Below, piece after piece: positions 1 to 13,043 of a DNA stretch of 64,000 bases. A program made the position numbers and the translations under genes. Position 1 is the first letter of the stretch. Each line of letters opens with the position of its first letter. Under the pieces are notes generated by a model. The model ran no database searches. It was not told the origin of the DNA and worked only from the letters and a program-made list of their open reading frames with translations. Source of the DNA: Bugula neritina (lineage: Eukaryota > Animalia > Bryozoa); NCBI GenBank assembly GCA_964035545.1, contig OZ037771.1:1933628-1997627 (forward strand). The letters are read 5' to 3'.

Positions 1-493
1 TATTGTTGTATTACTGCTGAAAAAATGAACACATGCATTGCTTTCTCACATGCAAAAACTGCAGCAAAACTTAAATAAATTGCTATATAATTGATTGTTT
101 GATAACCAAATGTGACATATATTTTTAAGACTAAATAGCAACAAACTGCATGTTATAAAAATATATTAACTCTTTGAAATTGCCAATATTGAATAACAAT
201 TATAGAATTGAATCAAATTTTAATCTTACTGATTAGGTACACTAATACCGAGGCATGAAAGTTTTTGAACACTTTGCTGTAATTATCAGTAGATAACAAT
301 TATAGAGCAAAGGAAAAGCATATTATGCTACTGTGATTGCTTCCTATAATTGGAGTTTATCAAAAATAACAAAATTTCATTAAAACATTCTACAAACATG
401 CTAACAAGCATTTTGGATAAAAAACAAGGTCCAGCATTAAATCACGATGGCAACGCTAAATATATGAATAACACAAAACAGGAACTTTGCATT

Positions 494-1922
494 CTAAGAG
501 TTACTAGCAGCCATGTTTTCTTTCCATACTGCAGAATACACTCTGGTTGTGTTAGAATCAATTATCGTAGAAAATTCAACATCTCCGAAGTCTTGTAGTC
601 TGTGACTGCAAACAAACAACATTCCAATGAGAGTTTCTAAAACCTTTACCATCACATTAATATTCAGCTTCATAAAATACACCCGCAGCGCTAGACTAGA
701 AAAAGTATCCAATATTTCAAACAAGTGGATAAAATATTCTTACAAGTCTGGTTGAGTGATATTTTCTCTCTGGGGGTATCTCTGCTGATACTGCCTCAGC
801 TCCCCACTGCCATGTATAGCGTATGCATTCAACTTGTCTATGTTTGGTGGGAAATATTCAATGGGAATGGAAGCTTCAGCTACCCAGGAGTTGTCAGTCC
901 TTGACATAACTTGATATTTCATTTGCAGCATTGTCTGTAAAAGCATGAAAATATAAGTTTGGACAGCCGCAACTTCTGTGCCTCATTATTCTATCTTCCC
1001 TGCCAAAATCTGAGTCAAACTGAGTTAAACATATCATTTTATATAAAATTTAAATATAATTTATCAAATCTGTATAATGTTAATTATTTGATTTTGATAC
1101 TCTTGAGCTATCTTTAATACCTCAATTGTTCAAAGCACATGTTTTTTTATAGTATTAAAAACAAACAAAACTTGATTTTTATGACTAACTTTTATAATAT
1201 TTCGTCGGCCTTGAAGGAGAAGTACTAAGTGATGGCCATATCTGCAATATACAAGAAACTTATCAAATGACATGCTAAAGCGGTCAATGCATTTAAAAAG
1301 AATATAAAATAAATTTAGTCATCAAGCTTAGCTAGAATATAATTCACAAATTACTTGACTTGGTTTTAATTTTTGAATCCTCATGATTTGCTTATAAACA
1401 ATGATGTCCATATCAATTGTTCTAGATTAGATGAGTAACTTACGGACCCAGCTCAACCTCAAGGTACGTATCGTCTGCAGAATTCAGAAAGAATACTTCA
1501 ACTACTTCGTAGTCCCACAGCTGATCCGTCGCTCCATCGCAACCTGTCAGCCGATAACATACATTATGTGATAGTAGTGTCAGAGATTATCTAACTTGTT
1601 CAAATTAGATGTTTTTCAGCCTACTCTTGATCAACATTAACTAATACAACGGTGGTCCCCACGATAACAAGAACTTTAAACTTTGCAATAAAGCCTTTGC
1701 AATGACAAATAAAATGCTTTGTTTTTAGAGAGCTTGAGATCAGCAAAGTTTGAAGAAAGATTAGTTACCTGGGCTGACAGCTGGAGGAGAAGGAGGGTCA
1801 TTAAACAGAATGCCAGAGGCAGTAACCTTGACTGTCCCATTCTTTAGCGGTGCTATAGAAACTTTCATAGGAGCATGGGTCAATGGCTTGCCGTTCCACA
1901 TATTGTCAATATGAAATTCCAT
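494..1922 (-). CDS. C4orf33: UPF0462 protein C4orf33 homolog, 5 exons (~1922-1769, 1543-1444, ~1241-1189, ~934-744, ~605-494)
   Basis: Spliced translation [18 protein letters not shown]...FNDPPSP / [14 protein letters not shown]...YLEVELGP / [14 protein letters not shown] / ...[22 protein letters not shown]...PDF / HRLQDF matches the C4orf33 family motifs as I recall them ([45 protein letters not shown]). GT-AG junctions preserve frame. Confidence 0.9.
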
Positions 1923-3693
1923 TGTGAACCAGGGTTAGTTGCAACAACTACTTTTCTGTCAAGATTGTCCAATCTCTCAGAAAAAAATACCATTTTACTA
2001 CATGTCAGTAAACTTAATCATAATGCAATTCCTTTCACTTTTGGTAATTGTTTTACTTTTGTTCTTGACTTGTATGCTTTAGCTATCAGTATTATAGTCA
2101 TACTCATAGTGACAATCACAATTGCCTGTATTAATTATGATAACCAAACATTAAGGTGTAGCTAATACAAGTTTGTATTGACATTATCATTATCAATATC
2201 ATAATCATCATCATTATAATTATGATCTTTTACTCCAAATACTGAAATACTAATAGGAATAAAATAATACGAATCACAATACTTCAATTTAAATTGATGA
2301 TAATCATCATAATAATAACTCAATGCCTATAGGCTATGACTCTTATAATATTGTACTACCTTTGATTTTTGAGTAAAAGACCAAAGTCAATATGAATACA
2401 ATTACAATATTTATATTATTATTAATATTATTATTACAAACTCAAACTGAAACCAAAACTTTGAGTATAAACTTAGACTATTTCATTCTGATTCTCATTG
2501 GCAACTGCAATGGTACAGAATATTGATATTCATATTGTGTGCGCTAGTTGTTTTTCTAACGTGTGATTGCTTAATTCTTTATTACAAATTTATCAATTAT
2601 GGTTCCGAGATATGATTGTCATCACAACGAATTTACATCTGACTCTGTAGCAATAATATTGATATAGCATCTGAGGACTTTAGCCACACAGTTGTGGGCG
2701 TGACAGCCATCATGTTCCATAAAAAAATTCCAGCTATAGATGAGGCAACTCCACAGATTGCACAAATGGTAATGACGGCTCATACGCAAGTAAAATAGTT
2801 ATTGCAATAACTTGCACAATTGATTAAAAGTAGTAATAAAAATAAGAACATTTAATAGTTCAGTGACATGTTTACCATAGCCATAATCAACTTATTCGAG
2901 TTATCTGATTTAAGTTAGAGAGGAGTACTTCATCCTTCAAAGCTAGAAGTTACTAGTGGACAGTATAGATAAGCTGGTTGCAACTTTTACCAAACTAATG
3001 TTTTAATTGATGCTTTGCAATTACTCTGTTTACAATGTGAAGGTCTAATACTGCAATAACATAATTACCAGCCAATGATGATGAGAAATTACATATCACA
3101 ACAGGAATACCATAATTAAAAAAGTAAAGCCATATTAGTAAGTTCAACATTTTATTTAATTATTTTATTGACTCTCTGTACAGAAAAATATCTTTCAAAG
3201 CAGACATGAAAATTGTAAATAGTTTGTTTATACAACTAGTGCTGCAAAAATGTCTCTTTGATTGATATTAGGCCACCCGGCGGGAAATATTAGAAAAATA
3301 AGGCTAACTGTACAAATCAAATGCATATAATCAAGTACAACTAGATAATTCTTGCATGCATGGCAACATCAGCATTTGATTACATTACAAATGTAGCTCA
3401 CGAAATCAACACGCACATCGTGCTATGTGGGGCGGGAGAGAGAGCTCCCATCTATAAAATTACTATTTACAAGAGCCCCACCACTAAGTATTGCTCTACG
3501 TTAAAAAAGACTGCAGCCTTTCAACAGCGAATAATTCTCCGTCAGCTAAGAATTATCGTAAAAATAAATAGTGATTTCATTTGTAAACTGCATTACTAAA
3601 TACACTGTGAGAAAAGATTTACAATTTGATACATTCATAGCCACAAGTACATGAGCAGACATATCTCTAGACGAAACACCAGTACGCCGCCTG

Positions 3694-6600
3694 TTACCGC
3701 TCTTTCTTCTTCACTGGCCGCTTACTGTGGTTTTTCTGCACTATTTCTGAAACTTTTGGTTTGTGAGTGTCCAAAATTTTAAATAATGACTGTTTCGCGT
3801 CCCAGAGTTGATCTTTGGTTAAACTGCACCTCTGCTTGTTAGCCTACAAATATCAAACCAGTAACAATGCAAACTCTCAGCCAAAAACCATGGCTCAATT
3901 TATTTAACAAATATCAAACGAACTTTAAACAAAACTTTTCAAAACTATAATACCACGATTATTTGTACCCGACTGCGTATAAGCCAACAAGTTGAACTAC
4001 AAAGCATATACGATACAGAATACACGCATATCAAATCGGTGGTTTACATGTACAAGCAGCTCTCCGCCACCATGACGTGATCTTACCTGTGCCAGCTCAT
4101 ACAGCTTGAAGAGCTCAGGGTGCTTGTCCTTTGGTTTGCTAGGTAAACACTTTGCTAACTTCCCCATTCTGTCACACAACACTTGCTCAGTTTCAATCTG
4201 AGTAGCATAGAAATAACACAATATGAAATTTAACAAGTATATATGTAACGCTTACAAAAAGTAGAAAGTAGTAGAAATAGATATACAGTGTGTTATACAT
4301 ACACTAGAACTATACACAGTGTGTTATACATACAGTAGAACTATATACAATATATACAAATATTTCTCACCAGCTCCTGAAACTGTGACGAGAGATGATA
4401 GAATTTCCAGCCATTAATTTTCTGCTGGATACCTTTTTGATTGGATAACTCACTGACTACCGGCCGCCTTTCCTCTACCAGACACAAACAGATGTGACAA
4501 TTTAGTGAAATACTAGAATACGCAAACCAAATTACACAAATAGTAATAGTGTATAATCTAGTATTATTGTTCCATGTGATTCATATAAAATATACACTCG
4601 GCACTCATCATTTAACAGAATAATCACCTTTCAACTTGAAATCTGAAGACCGCTGAAAATGGTTGTAGCGGGGGTTCCAGTGTTTAGAGTAGGGCAGTGA
4701 GTTCATGAGGGAGGCGGGGTTACGCTCCCGCATTTTCACCCACCTGACTCCAGACCGATCCAAGAATCCTACAACAAGGTCACTCGGTTATACTACAAGT
4801 AATTCCAGTGATAAAGACATTTGAGAAGTGGTAAAGAAACGTTTAAAACTCACGGGAAGAGCGAGTAGTATGCTACACATTGACAACATTTTAGTCCGAG
4901 ATTATAACACACTGAAACAAACTGAGCAATTATGCCCTGCGTTGACACGACGTAATTATACCAACCATCCGCCTCCGTGAGTTTGAAATCTTTCTCAAAT
5001 TCCATCTTGCAGGCATCAGCAATAGGAGACGCGGGCCTGGCTGTCTTTGTTTCCGTTTCTTCTTCTGTGGAGCTGTCGTGTCGGTCTTTCAACTCGGCTG
5101 CCGTATTCCTGTGTTTCGGGTGAAGTAAAATGTAAAACATTCAGACCAGCAAATTAGAATCCCAGCAGAGAAACATGTCACCACAAAATACAACGGAGCA
5201 GAGTTAGCCAGCAGTAGAATGAACTTGCTTAGAGTTTATACAGCTCGTCACAAAACACTCCACAGTAATAGCACCCTGGTACACAGTAATAGCACCCTGG
5301 TACACAGTAATAGCACCCTGGTACACAGTAATAGCACCCTGGTACACAGTAATAGCACCATGGTACACAGTATCGATTAATCAACAGGGTTGTCAACTCA
5401 CAGCAACTGTTTTCTTGGTTTCTTCCGCGGAGACGGCTGGACTTCCGCCTCGCCATTCTCAACGGCTTCCGGTGGTTCGTGTTTTACTCCGCTCTGATTG
5501 GGCGACTCTGAGCTCATAGCTGTGTCTGTGGATGACTGACTGCCCGTGTCTTTATCAACCAACCTACAACGTCACACACAACTGTATATACCACAACGTC
5601 ACACACAACTGTATATACCACAACGTCACACACAACTGTATATACCACAACGTCACACACAACTGTATACACTACAATGTCACAAACAACTGTATATACC
5701 ACAATGTCACACACAACTGTATATACCACAACATCACACACAACTGGAAATACCACAACATCACACACAACTGGAAATACTACGGCACACACAACTGTAT
5801 ATACCACAATGTCACACACAACTGCATATACCACAACATCACACACAACTGGAAATACCACAACATCACACCCAACTGTAAATACTACGTCCCCGCTACC
5901 TCTGCCACTGCACTGATGTAGACCATGTGTCTAGCCCCAACTATTTGGTTAATCCTCATCACAGTTCTGAGGTTAGGCAGTAAAGTGATGGCACAGCAAT
6001 GCTATTTCAAGTATACAACCCAAACTGGTTTGATAAAAAAGGACTCAATTGTTGGAAGAGTTGATCCAAGCTGCGAGATTAGGAGACTCACGTATTGCAG
6101 GTCAGATACTGGCTGGCTGGCTGGGAGAAGAGTGGCTTGTCGCTGGCACTTGGTCTGTCCATAGACTGAGAAATCTTCTTCACGACGACAGCAGCATGAC
6201 TACAACGGCAAACACTCACATGCAGGACACATGAGAGCCAACACTGAGTTGTCTTCTCTTGTAGATGCATATAAAAAGAAGATAACTTCTTACAAGTATT
6301 TTACTCGCACTCTAGTACATTGCCATGTAATTGTAATTAATTACATTGACTTTAAACTGTAATTATAATTACAATTGGAACTGACAAATTTTTATGTAAT
6401 TATAATTAATTACACTAATATGCTGCTCTTTAATGCAATTGTAGGCTTACCTGCAAGAAAGAGCTTTGCTCTGTCAACATTCCAGGTAAATACAGGTGAC
6501 ATAGTGAGACTATATAACATAACTACATAGGAAGTAGAACTGCTAACCTGTCGTGTGGCCTTTTTCTAAGAATACTCGGAGAAGGGCCGGCACGAGGCAT

Positions 6601-9600
6601 GTTTATGCCGTAAGGATTCATATCGTGCGAGTTATCACCTCCTGGCGATGGCCCGGTGAGATTTGTCTTTGATGTTGAGGAAGAGGAGATGATAGCCGGC
6701 ATAGAAACTGAAACCGCGTTGAGATATTATTAGCACTTAGACAATGAACAGCATCTTCAGTGCAAACTAGCGAGCCTTATAAAGTCAAGGACACATATAT
6801 GAAGATTGAAAGAGGGGCAGGAGTAGGAAATCGAGCAAGAAAAAAAAAGAGCTCAAGATTTTCAGCACTTTGCAAAGAGTAAAGATGTTGATTGCTACAT
6901 TAAATCATTGGTTGGAAAGGCAAGACTGAAATGAATTTGTTACTTACAGTTGTGAGCTTTGAACAACCCGGGAGGCTCATCCAAGTGGTTTAGGGTGGTC
7001 GGATGAAACTTGCTTGAAGGAGTAATAGCTGTTGATGTAACTGTGGGTATGAAGTTTGCTTTGCTATCTGCCGTGCTGTGAAGAGACATTCCCAGGCGAC
7101 TGTAAAACATATCAATACAACCATTACTTCTTCTTATAGCCATAAACTATAACACAACGAAAATGCCTGCATACATGCGTCACTACACACACATATAATT
7201 CCACTGTCAAAGTGAAAAAATTATTTGATAAAAAATAAAATACAGTAATGTATGGCTAAGTCAATTATTTGTTCGCACAGATGAAAGTATTGCAGAAATT
7301 AATAGAGTAAGTGTCCACTAAATATATTTCAATCATGACAAGCTACACAATCTACTGAATCGTACAAATGTGCTACCTCGGCATCGAGCCCACGTCAGGA
7401 TAACTCTTTTTGATGTGTGCCGCGTGCAGTTGGTCAGATCTGATGTAGTCGTGCTGCCCCGAGGGGGCGGCTGACCGAACTGCCTTCTTATATGGCGGGT
7501 TCGCAGCAATAATCCGACTTTCGGGATATGGCCCTGACAAGATAGCAGTAGAAAATCACATGCTGTAGCAGCACTTGGCAGCAAGATAAATGTATGAGAA
7601 TTGTGGGCCCTATAGCAATGGGTTAGTAAGACAATTTAAATTATTGAATTGAAATAAATTCTTGAAGTTGAATTAAAGCTTTGAAATTACAAAATATAAA
7701 AATATAAAATATGGTTTTATTAAAAAGATTGTTTTACTTTATCAAATAAGAAAATTACTTTTGAACCAAGTATGAGATAGCAACAAGACTTTAAAACTCT
7801 CAGCTTTTAGCAAATGTTAATTACAATTAACAGTATCTAAACAAACCGGCCAAAAGGACAGTTTTAAGAATAGTGGGCCTTGAGCACCTGACCGCCGTTA
7901 CACCTTACAATTATTCTGTTGATGTGTAATTTCTTTGGCACGACAAGACAGAGGCAAACAGCAGAAAGTTTGAACCAACCTGTAGATTTACTTTGAGATA
8001 TGACCAGTCTCGGTAGTGTGGACTGACCGCTACCAATGGACACGGTAGTGGCTGTGACTGCGTGTCCAGGATGTGTCACTTGGTTGCCATGGAGACCAGC
8101 CGAAAAGTGAGTATTGGTGATGAGACGGTCGTTGTTTGCAGGAGCATTCGTTACGGTGTTTCTGGGCTGATGAATTGTAATCTGCACTGTGGTTGGGTTC
8201 TGCGCCTGGTGCGCCCTGCGACAGAAAACCCAAGATCTGAGACAGAGACTAAAAACTGACAGCTTTGACAGTTGCTTTCACAAACAGTTTGAAAGTAACA
8301 TCTGTGTAGCCAGCCAATGGGTGCAAAAGCTTGAATAGTAAATACAATTCCCTCAGATTATGGAATTGTCCCCACTACATAAAATTATTACTTCACAAAC
8401 TAAAAGTAAATTATCCTACAATCACAAACAACTCACAAGTTCACTTGGTTCCTGTATTGTGAATGGACAGCTGGTCTTACTGGCGGTGTAACGGATCGTA
8501 TGATTGGCTGCTGGTGTGGCAGACGGCTACTGGGAGCTGACTGTATAACGGCGGTACGGGCACCTATTGACGGGAGAGAGGCTGGCCGATGTGTTATGTG
8601 CTGCTTCACGGCACCGCCACTAGCCGCTATGGTTTTACTGTTTGGTGTTGCCATGACTACAAGTTAAATTCAGTAAAGTAAGCAGTGAATTTGATGCTAT
8701 AAACTAAGGAAAGAAAATGGACTACTGTTTTGAAACTCCCTGAAACTAAAACTAAACATCTAAGGAAGATCCACCACTCATAGACATCATTTGCACACTA
8801 AAATCACCAGCTACACTAGTTATTGCTGAATTCTCATATCAATACTAAACAGTGTTGCTCACCTCTGGGCCCAGCAGCGAGTGCAGGATTGGCAGGAGGT
8901 GGTGTGTTGGTCACCAGGCGGACATCTCCGCTGGCGTTGATGATAGATGCCATTCTGGGTGCCAAACCTTGTCCAGCATTCAGAGTAGCAACCGGGACTA
9001 GAAATGAGTAGAACGTTTTATGGAACACAGATCACAAATAGCAGTTTATCATCACACGGCGACAGTTTTACATTAAACTTTGTTAACTATGGTTCTAAAA
9101 TGCTAAACTGACACCCCAATTGGGTAACATTATCAAATTTCCCTTCTTCAAGGTAAAGAATTCTTGCTAGTTGGATACGCGAGTAAACAGAGGCTGTGAA
9201 TCATACCTGAATTACTAAGAAACTTGCCATACCTGGAATATTTAGCTGAGCGGCAGCAGCAGCCTGGTTGCTTAGCAACTGTTGAGTGGTGACTGAGGAG
9301 TTTAAAGTCTCGGCAATGGTGGCTGGAGTAGAGTTTCCAGCAGCTGGAGATAGCATGCGCTGTTGATCATTTCCCATGATGGAATCTGCGGGTTTACCAC
9401 TTGTAACTGCAATACAAAACCAGCATACACATGTGTTGCGTAGCTTACGAATTGGCCAGAAAAATCATAACTTGAGCAGCAGTTAAGGAAGAAAGAGAAC
9501 GGGTGGTGTGGCACACAAACCGTTGAGAATCTTTTTCTGGGCTGGAATAGCCGCTTTGAGTGTTGGGATTTCTTTGTTAGCCTTTCGAATGGTCACACTC

Positions 9601-10098
9601 TCGAGTGCGGGCTGCTTTCTCGGGGGTTCCCCTCGCTGTGAGTCTTCATGCACAGCACCAACGGGTGCCTTCTGCAAATTTTTGAGCTGTAAAACGGCCG
9701 TAGAAGTTCCAGGCTGTAAAATAGAACTCTAAAATAATTATAAAATTCCAAAAAATAATAACTTCTTGGTATATTTTACTTTCACCATATTACAACTATA
9801 TTGTCATAGCAAACATAGCATTTATACTATAATTTAATTAATTTTATAATTTTATTTGCAAGTAACCAAACTAGCTTACGTTAGTTTTTAGCTTTCCAGC
9901 AAGTTGCTGATCACGAGCAGATTTGGATAGAGGTTGAATTCGCTTTTGCTGCTGGGCAACAGGAAGTGGAGCTCTCTGCTCCGTCTGCGGTTTTATCAGC
10001 AGATTACTCGCAATGATTGGTTTAGCCACAGAAATAGAGTTGCCTACTTGCACAGCTGTTGGTTTAACTGTGTAAGTATTTGCTTCAAAACTAGACAT
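3694..10098 (-). CDS. SAP130: Sin3-HDAC complex subunit SAP130 homolog, multi-exon; start codon tentative
   Basis: C-terminal exons give SPRKKPRKQ (5402-5563), FLDRSGVRWV..HWNPRYNHFQRSSDFKLK, EERRPVVSELSNQKGIQQKINGWKFYHL, and ELAQ/ANKQRCSLTKDQLWDAKQSLFKILD..KKKER*, which match the SAP130_C domain. Upstream exons (6.1-10.1 kb) are P/S/T/A-rich low complexity, as in SAP130. ATG at 10098 is inferred; a probable 5'UTR exon lies near 11.5-11.8 kb. Confidence 0.85.
5261..5372. repeat. 21-bp minisatellite (CACAGTAATAGCACCCTGGTA) x~5 in a SAP130 intron
   Basis: Directly visible; ends about 30 nt from the donor at 5401. Confidence 0.95.
5564..5890. repeat. 27-bp minisatellite (CCACAACGTCACACACAACTGTATATA) x~12; terminal unit supplies the SAP130 acceptor
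   Basis: Directly visible; the minus-strand AG at 5565-5564 lies within the terminal unit. Confidence 0.95.
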
Positions 10099-12304
10099 TG
10101 TGCATGATGCTCCGGTTTCTAACAGCTCTAAAATGCGCAGCATACAAGAGAGTTGATATCTTGATTATAAAAACCTTAAAAGGCGGATATTACTGCATTA
10201 AATTAAATTTGGTGTTGTCATAAAGCATACATTTAGGTTTTACACCCAAACTCCAACAAGTAAAGTTACAGTCATATCCATAAGACACATAAGTACCCTT
10301 TATTGAATAATTGGCAGTCAGTAACAAAATCAGAGCTACTAAAAACTAACCCTAAATTCAATTATAACATAAACGAAAATAACATACCAGTAATAGGTGA
10401 CCAAACTGTATTCTTTCTGAATATTAATTTCAATTACTTATATGATATAGTTATACGATAGCACACAGTTAGTATTAGTAGAACTATTTGTAATAATTTG
10501 CACTATTAACCCAGCATAAAAATTACAGCAAAAACGTCATTATCAGATTCAACATTAGCATGAGTATGACTTTTAGCATCGTAATCATATCATCACAGAA
10601 ACAATGCAGGGGTGGGGGGGTATCAGTAAAAATTCTAAACCCTTAATTTTGGGTACCTGGCCCATAGTTCTTGCGGCTACTAGTAGTATTACTTGACTCC
10701 TACTTCAACTTGTATGAAAATTTGATGCTTTGTACAGTGTAACACCAACAGTGATTGAGTGCTTACATTCTGATTCCATACTGATTACAAAAATAAATAT
10801 AAAAATATATAGCCGTTATACTTATTCATTGTCAATATTAAAAATTAAAATAAGATGATTCGAAAATATAGTCACATATACTAGCAGTGGGCTAATATTG
10901 AAAAATTAATAGCCATTGTCAGTATGAGTATCATAGTGTAACTATAATATTAATAGTAATACTAATACTGTAATAGTAATACTAATAGTGAAATTGAAAT
11001 TGAGAAAAAAAGAATTTCAACAAAGCCAAAGCTTAAAAGTAAAGGTAAAACTTGAAGGTAATATTCATTGTAACACTATAGAGTAAAACTACAAGTAAAA
11101 CTAAATGGTAAATATAAAACTTCTGGTAAAAATAAGTAAGTAAAACTAAAATAATCAAATTGAAATTCAAATTGGAACTTAAAATCTTAGTTCAGCTGAA
11201 GCTAGTGAAACTTCAACTATAATGTTAATTTGCCATCATTATGAACTAAAACTAGAAGTAAATATTTATAATTTTAGCTCAACTTAAGATCAAGAATAAG
11301 TTTATTTTTAAATATAAGTTAAACTTAAAGTTAACCGTTTGATTTTGAGTTTGACTTTGATTTCACGTTCAAGTTCAACTTCAAGTAGCCTTAGGACTTG
11401 GGGGGCTAGGCAGGAGTCAGATATTTAACTAACAAGTAAAGAACAAGTTTTAGAACCCTACCTTTATTATAACCAATTCATGCAATCTTCAACCGGTTAA
11501 ATTTGCAATAGCTTTCCACTAGTAGGATATTCGTGCCAGGTGCCTTGAAACGTTTCTTAGCAAATTGCCACAAGTGACAAGCTTCAATTTTTGACCCACT
11601 TCAAGTTTGCACGATACACCCAACATGCAAATTGTTTTCCGGCGTATCAAAGTGTCAGAAAATATTCAGAATTCATTTTTTATGACAAAATTAACACAAA
11701 AACATATACTTATCATTTTGTTTTGTAACAATAATTGCATTAATCAAATATATTGCGCTTTGTTTTGGTTTTTTAAATGTTTTTCCAAAAATTCGATTCT
11801 GGATGTCCTGCTATACAATTTTGTTCCCGCGGGTGTAGCGCCATCTAGTTGTTGCGCTTGCCTATGAATGTTGCCATTGAAAATTTATCACTGTTGTGGT
11901 TTTTTTTCGAGCTTTTATTTTTGTATTACAGAATTCAATTTGCGAAAACCATGTATTTTGTTTTGTCGGTGGGTCTTTCTTCAAACATATGTGCATCTTT
12001 CAATGAGTTTGGGTAACGTAAAGAAATGTTCTTCATAAGCAAGGTAGGCAACTTCAGCAGCAAACACGTAGTTTCGCTTTCGTTTTATTTTTGAGTGAGA
12101 CGGCTTAGTTGCATTGACGTCTTACATGTTTACAATAGCAACCAGTAAGATAGAGGTTTTACTATAAAATAGTGGAATTGTATTCTCGTGTACTCATGTG
12201 AACCGACGTTACTACATTACATATGTTTTTGTTAAATTTTATTTTTATAACATAAAACATTATTTTGTGCCTTTTAAAGTTACATATTTAAAAAGTGATT
12301 CTCG

Positions 12305-12312
12305 TGACGTCA
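12305..12312. promoter_or_regulatory. Perfect CRE palindrome TGACGTCA in the divergent SAP130 / LRR-gene upstream region
   Basis: Motif match only, located between two head-to-head genes. Confidence 0.25.
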
Positions 12313-13043
12313 GTTTACGACACATTTCTAAAAGAACTGGACAATTGATATTTTATGAAAAAGACAGTTTCTAATCTAATTTTTAACTTCCACTCATTTT
12401 GCATAATTATAATAAATAAATGTTTTAATCAGTCATGGAGAACATCAAAGCACGAATTTCTTCAGCATATATAGACAACACAGAACCAAAACGTTAACAG
12501 GCTACTGCAAATGCCTACCATTTGGAGGCCACATAATGTCATTACTTTATTGTTTTCCCTCATTTTATTGTTTTGCTCATCACAATTCTTTACATACATT
12601 TAAAAGTTGGAAATGGTGTTCAGTCAGTCTGTAATAGCTATGTGAGATTTTGCACTAACTAGTTATTAGTTTACTACTTTTATGCAACTGACTAAATGTT
12701 GTTTAGCATTTGCATCTATTATAAGTGTGATAAAAACTTGGTTACTTTGCAGTTTTCTCCTTACTGGGGTCATATATTCATTAACAAACAATGTTTACTT
12801 TGTTTACCAACAAAAATAATTCAAATTGAACGTTTTCCCACCTATAGAACATAAGTATTATAAGATTTAACTTGCTATTTCAATTGTATTGACAAATTGT
12901 AATAATAGCATTAGCTATTGTTGAGCTTTGCGGTTTTACTTTAGGTATTTAATACTACGGCAATATTTTTCTTCACTTTTCATTCGCGGTTCCACAGCAG
13001 TGAGAAATTACAAATATAAGGTTGGATACCTATAGCATTCACT

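Noticed and set aside
5514-5921. Repetitive ORFs on both strands (VVCD, HNCIY, HTQL)
   Set aside because: They are translations of an intronic 27-bp minisatellite
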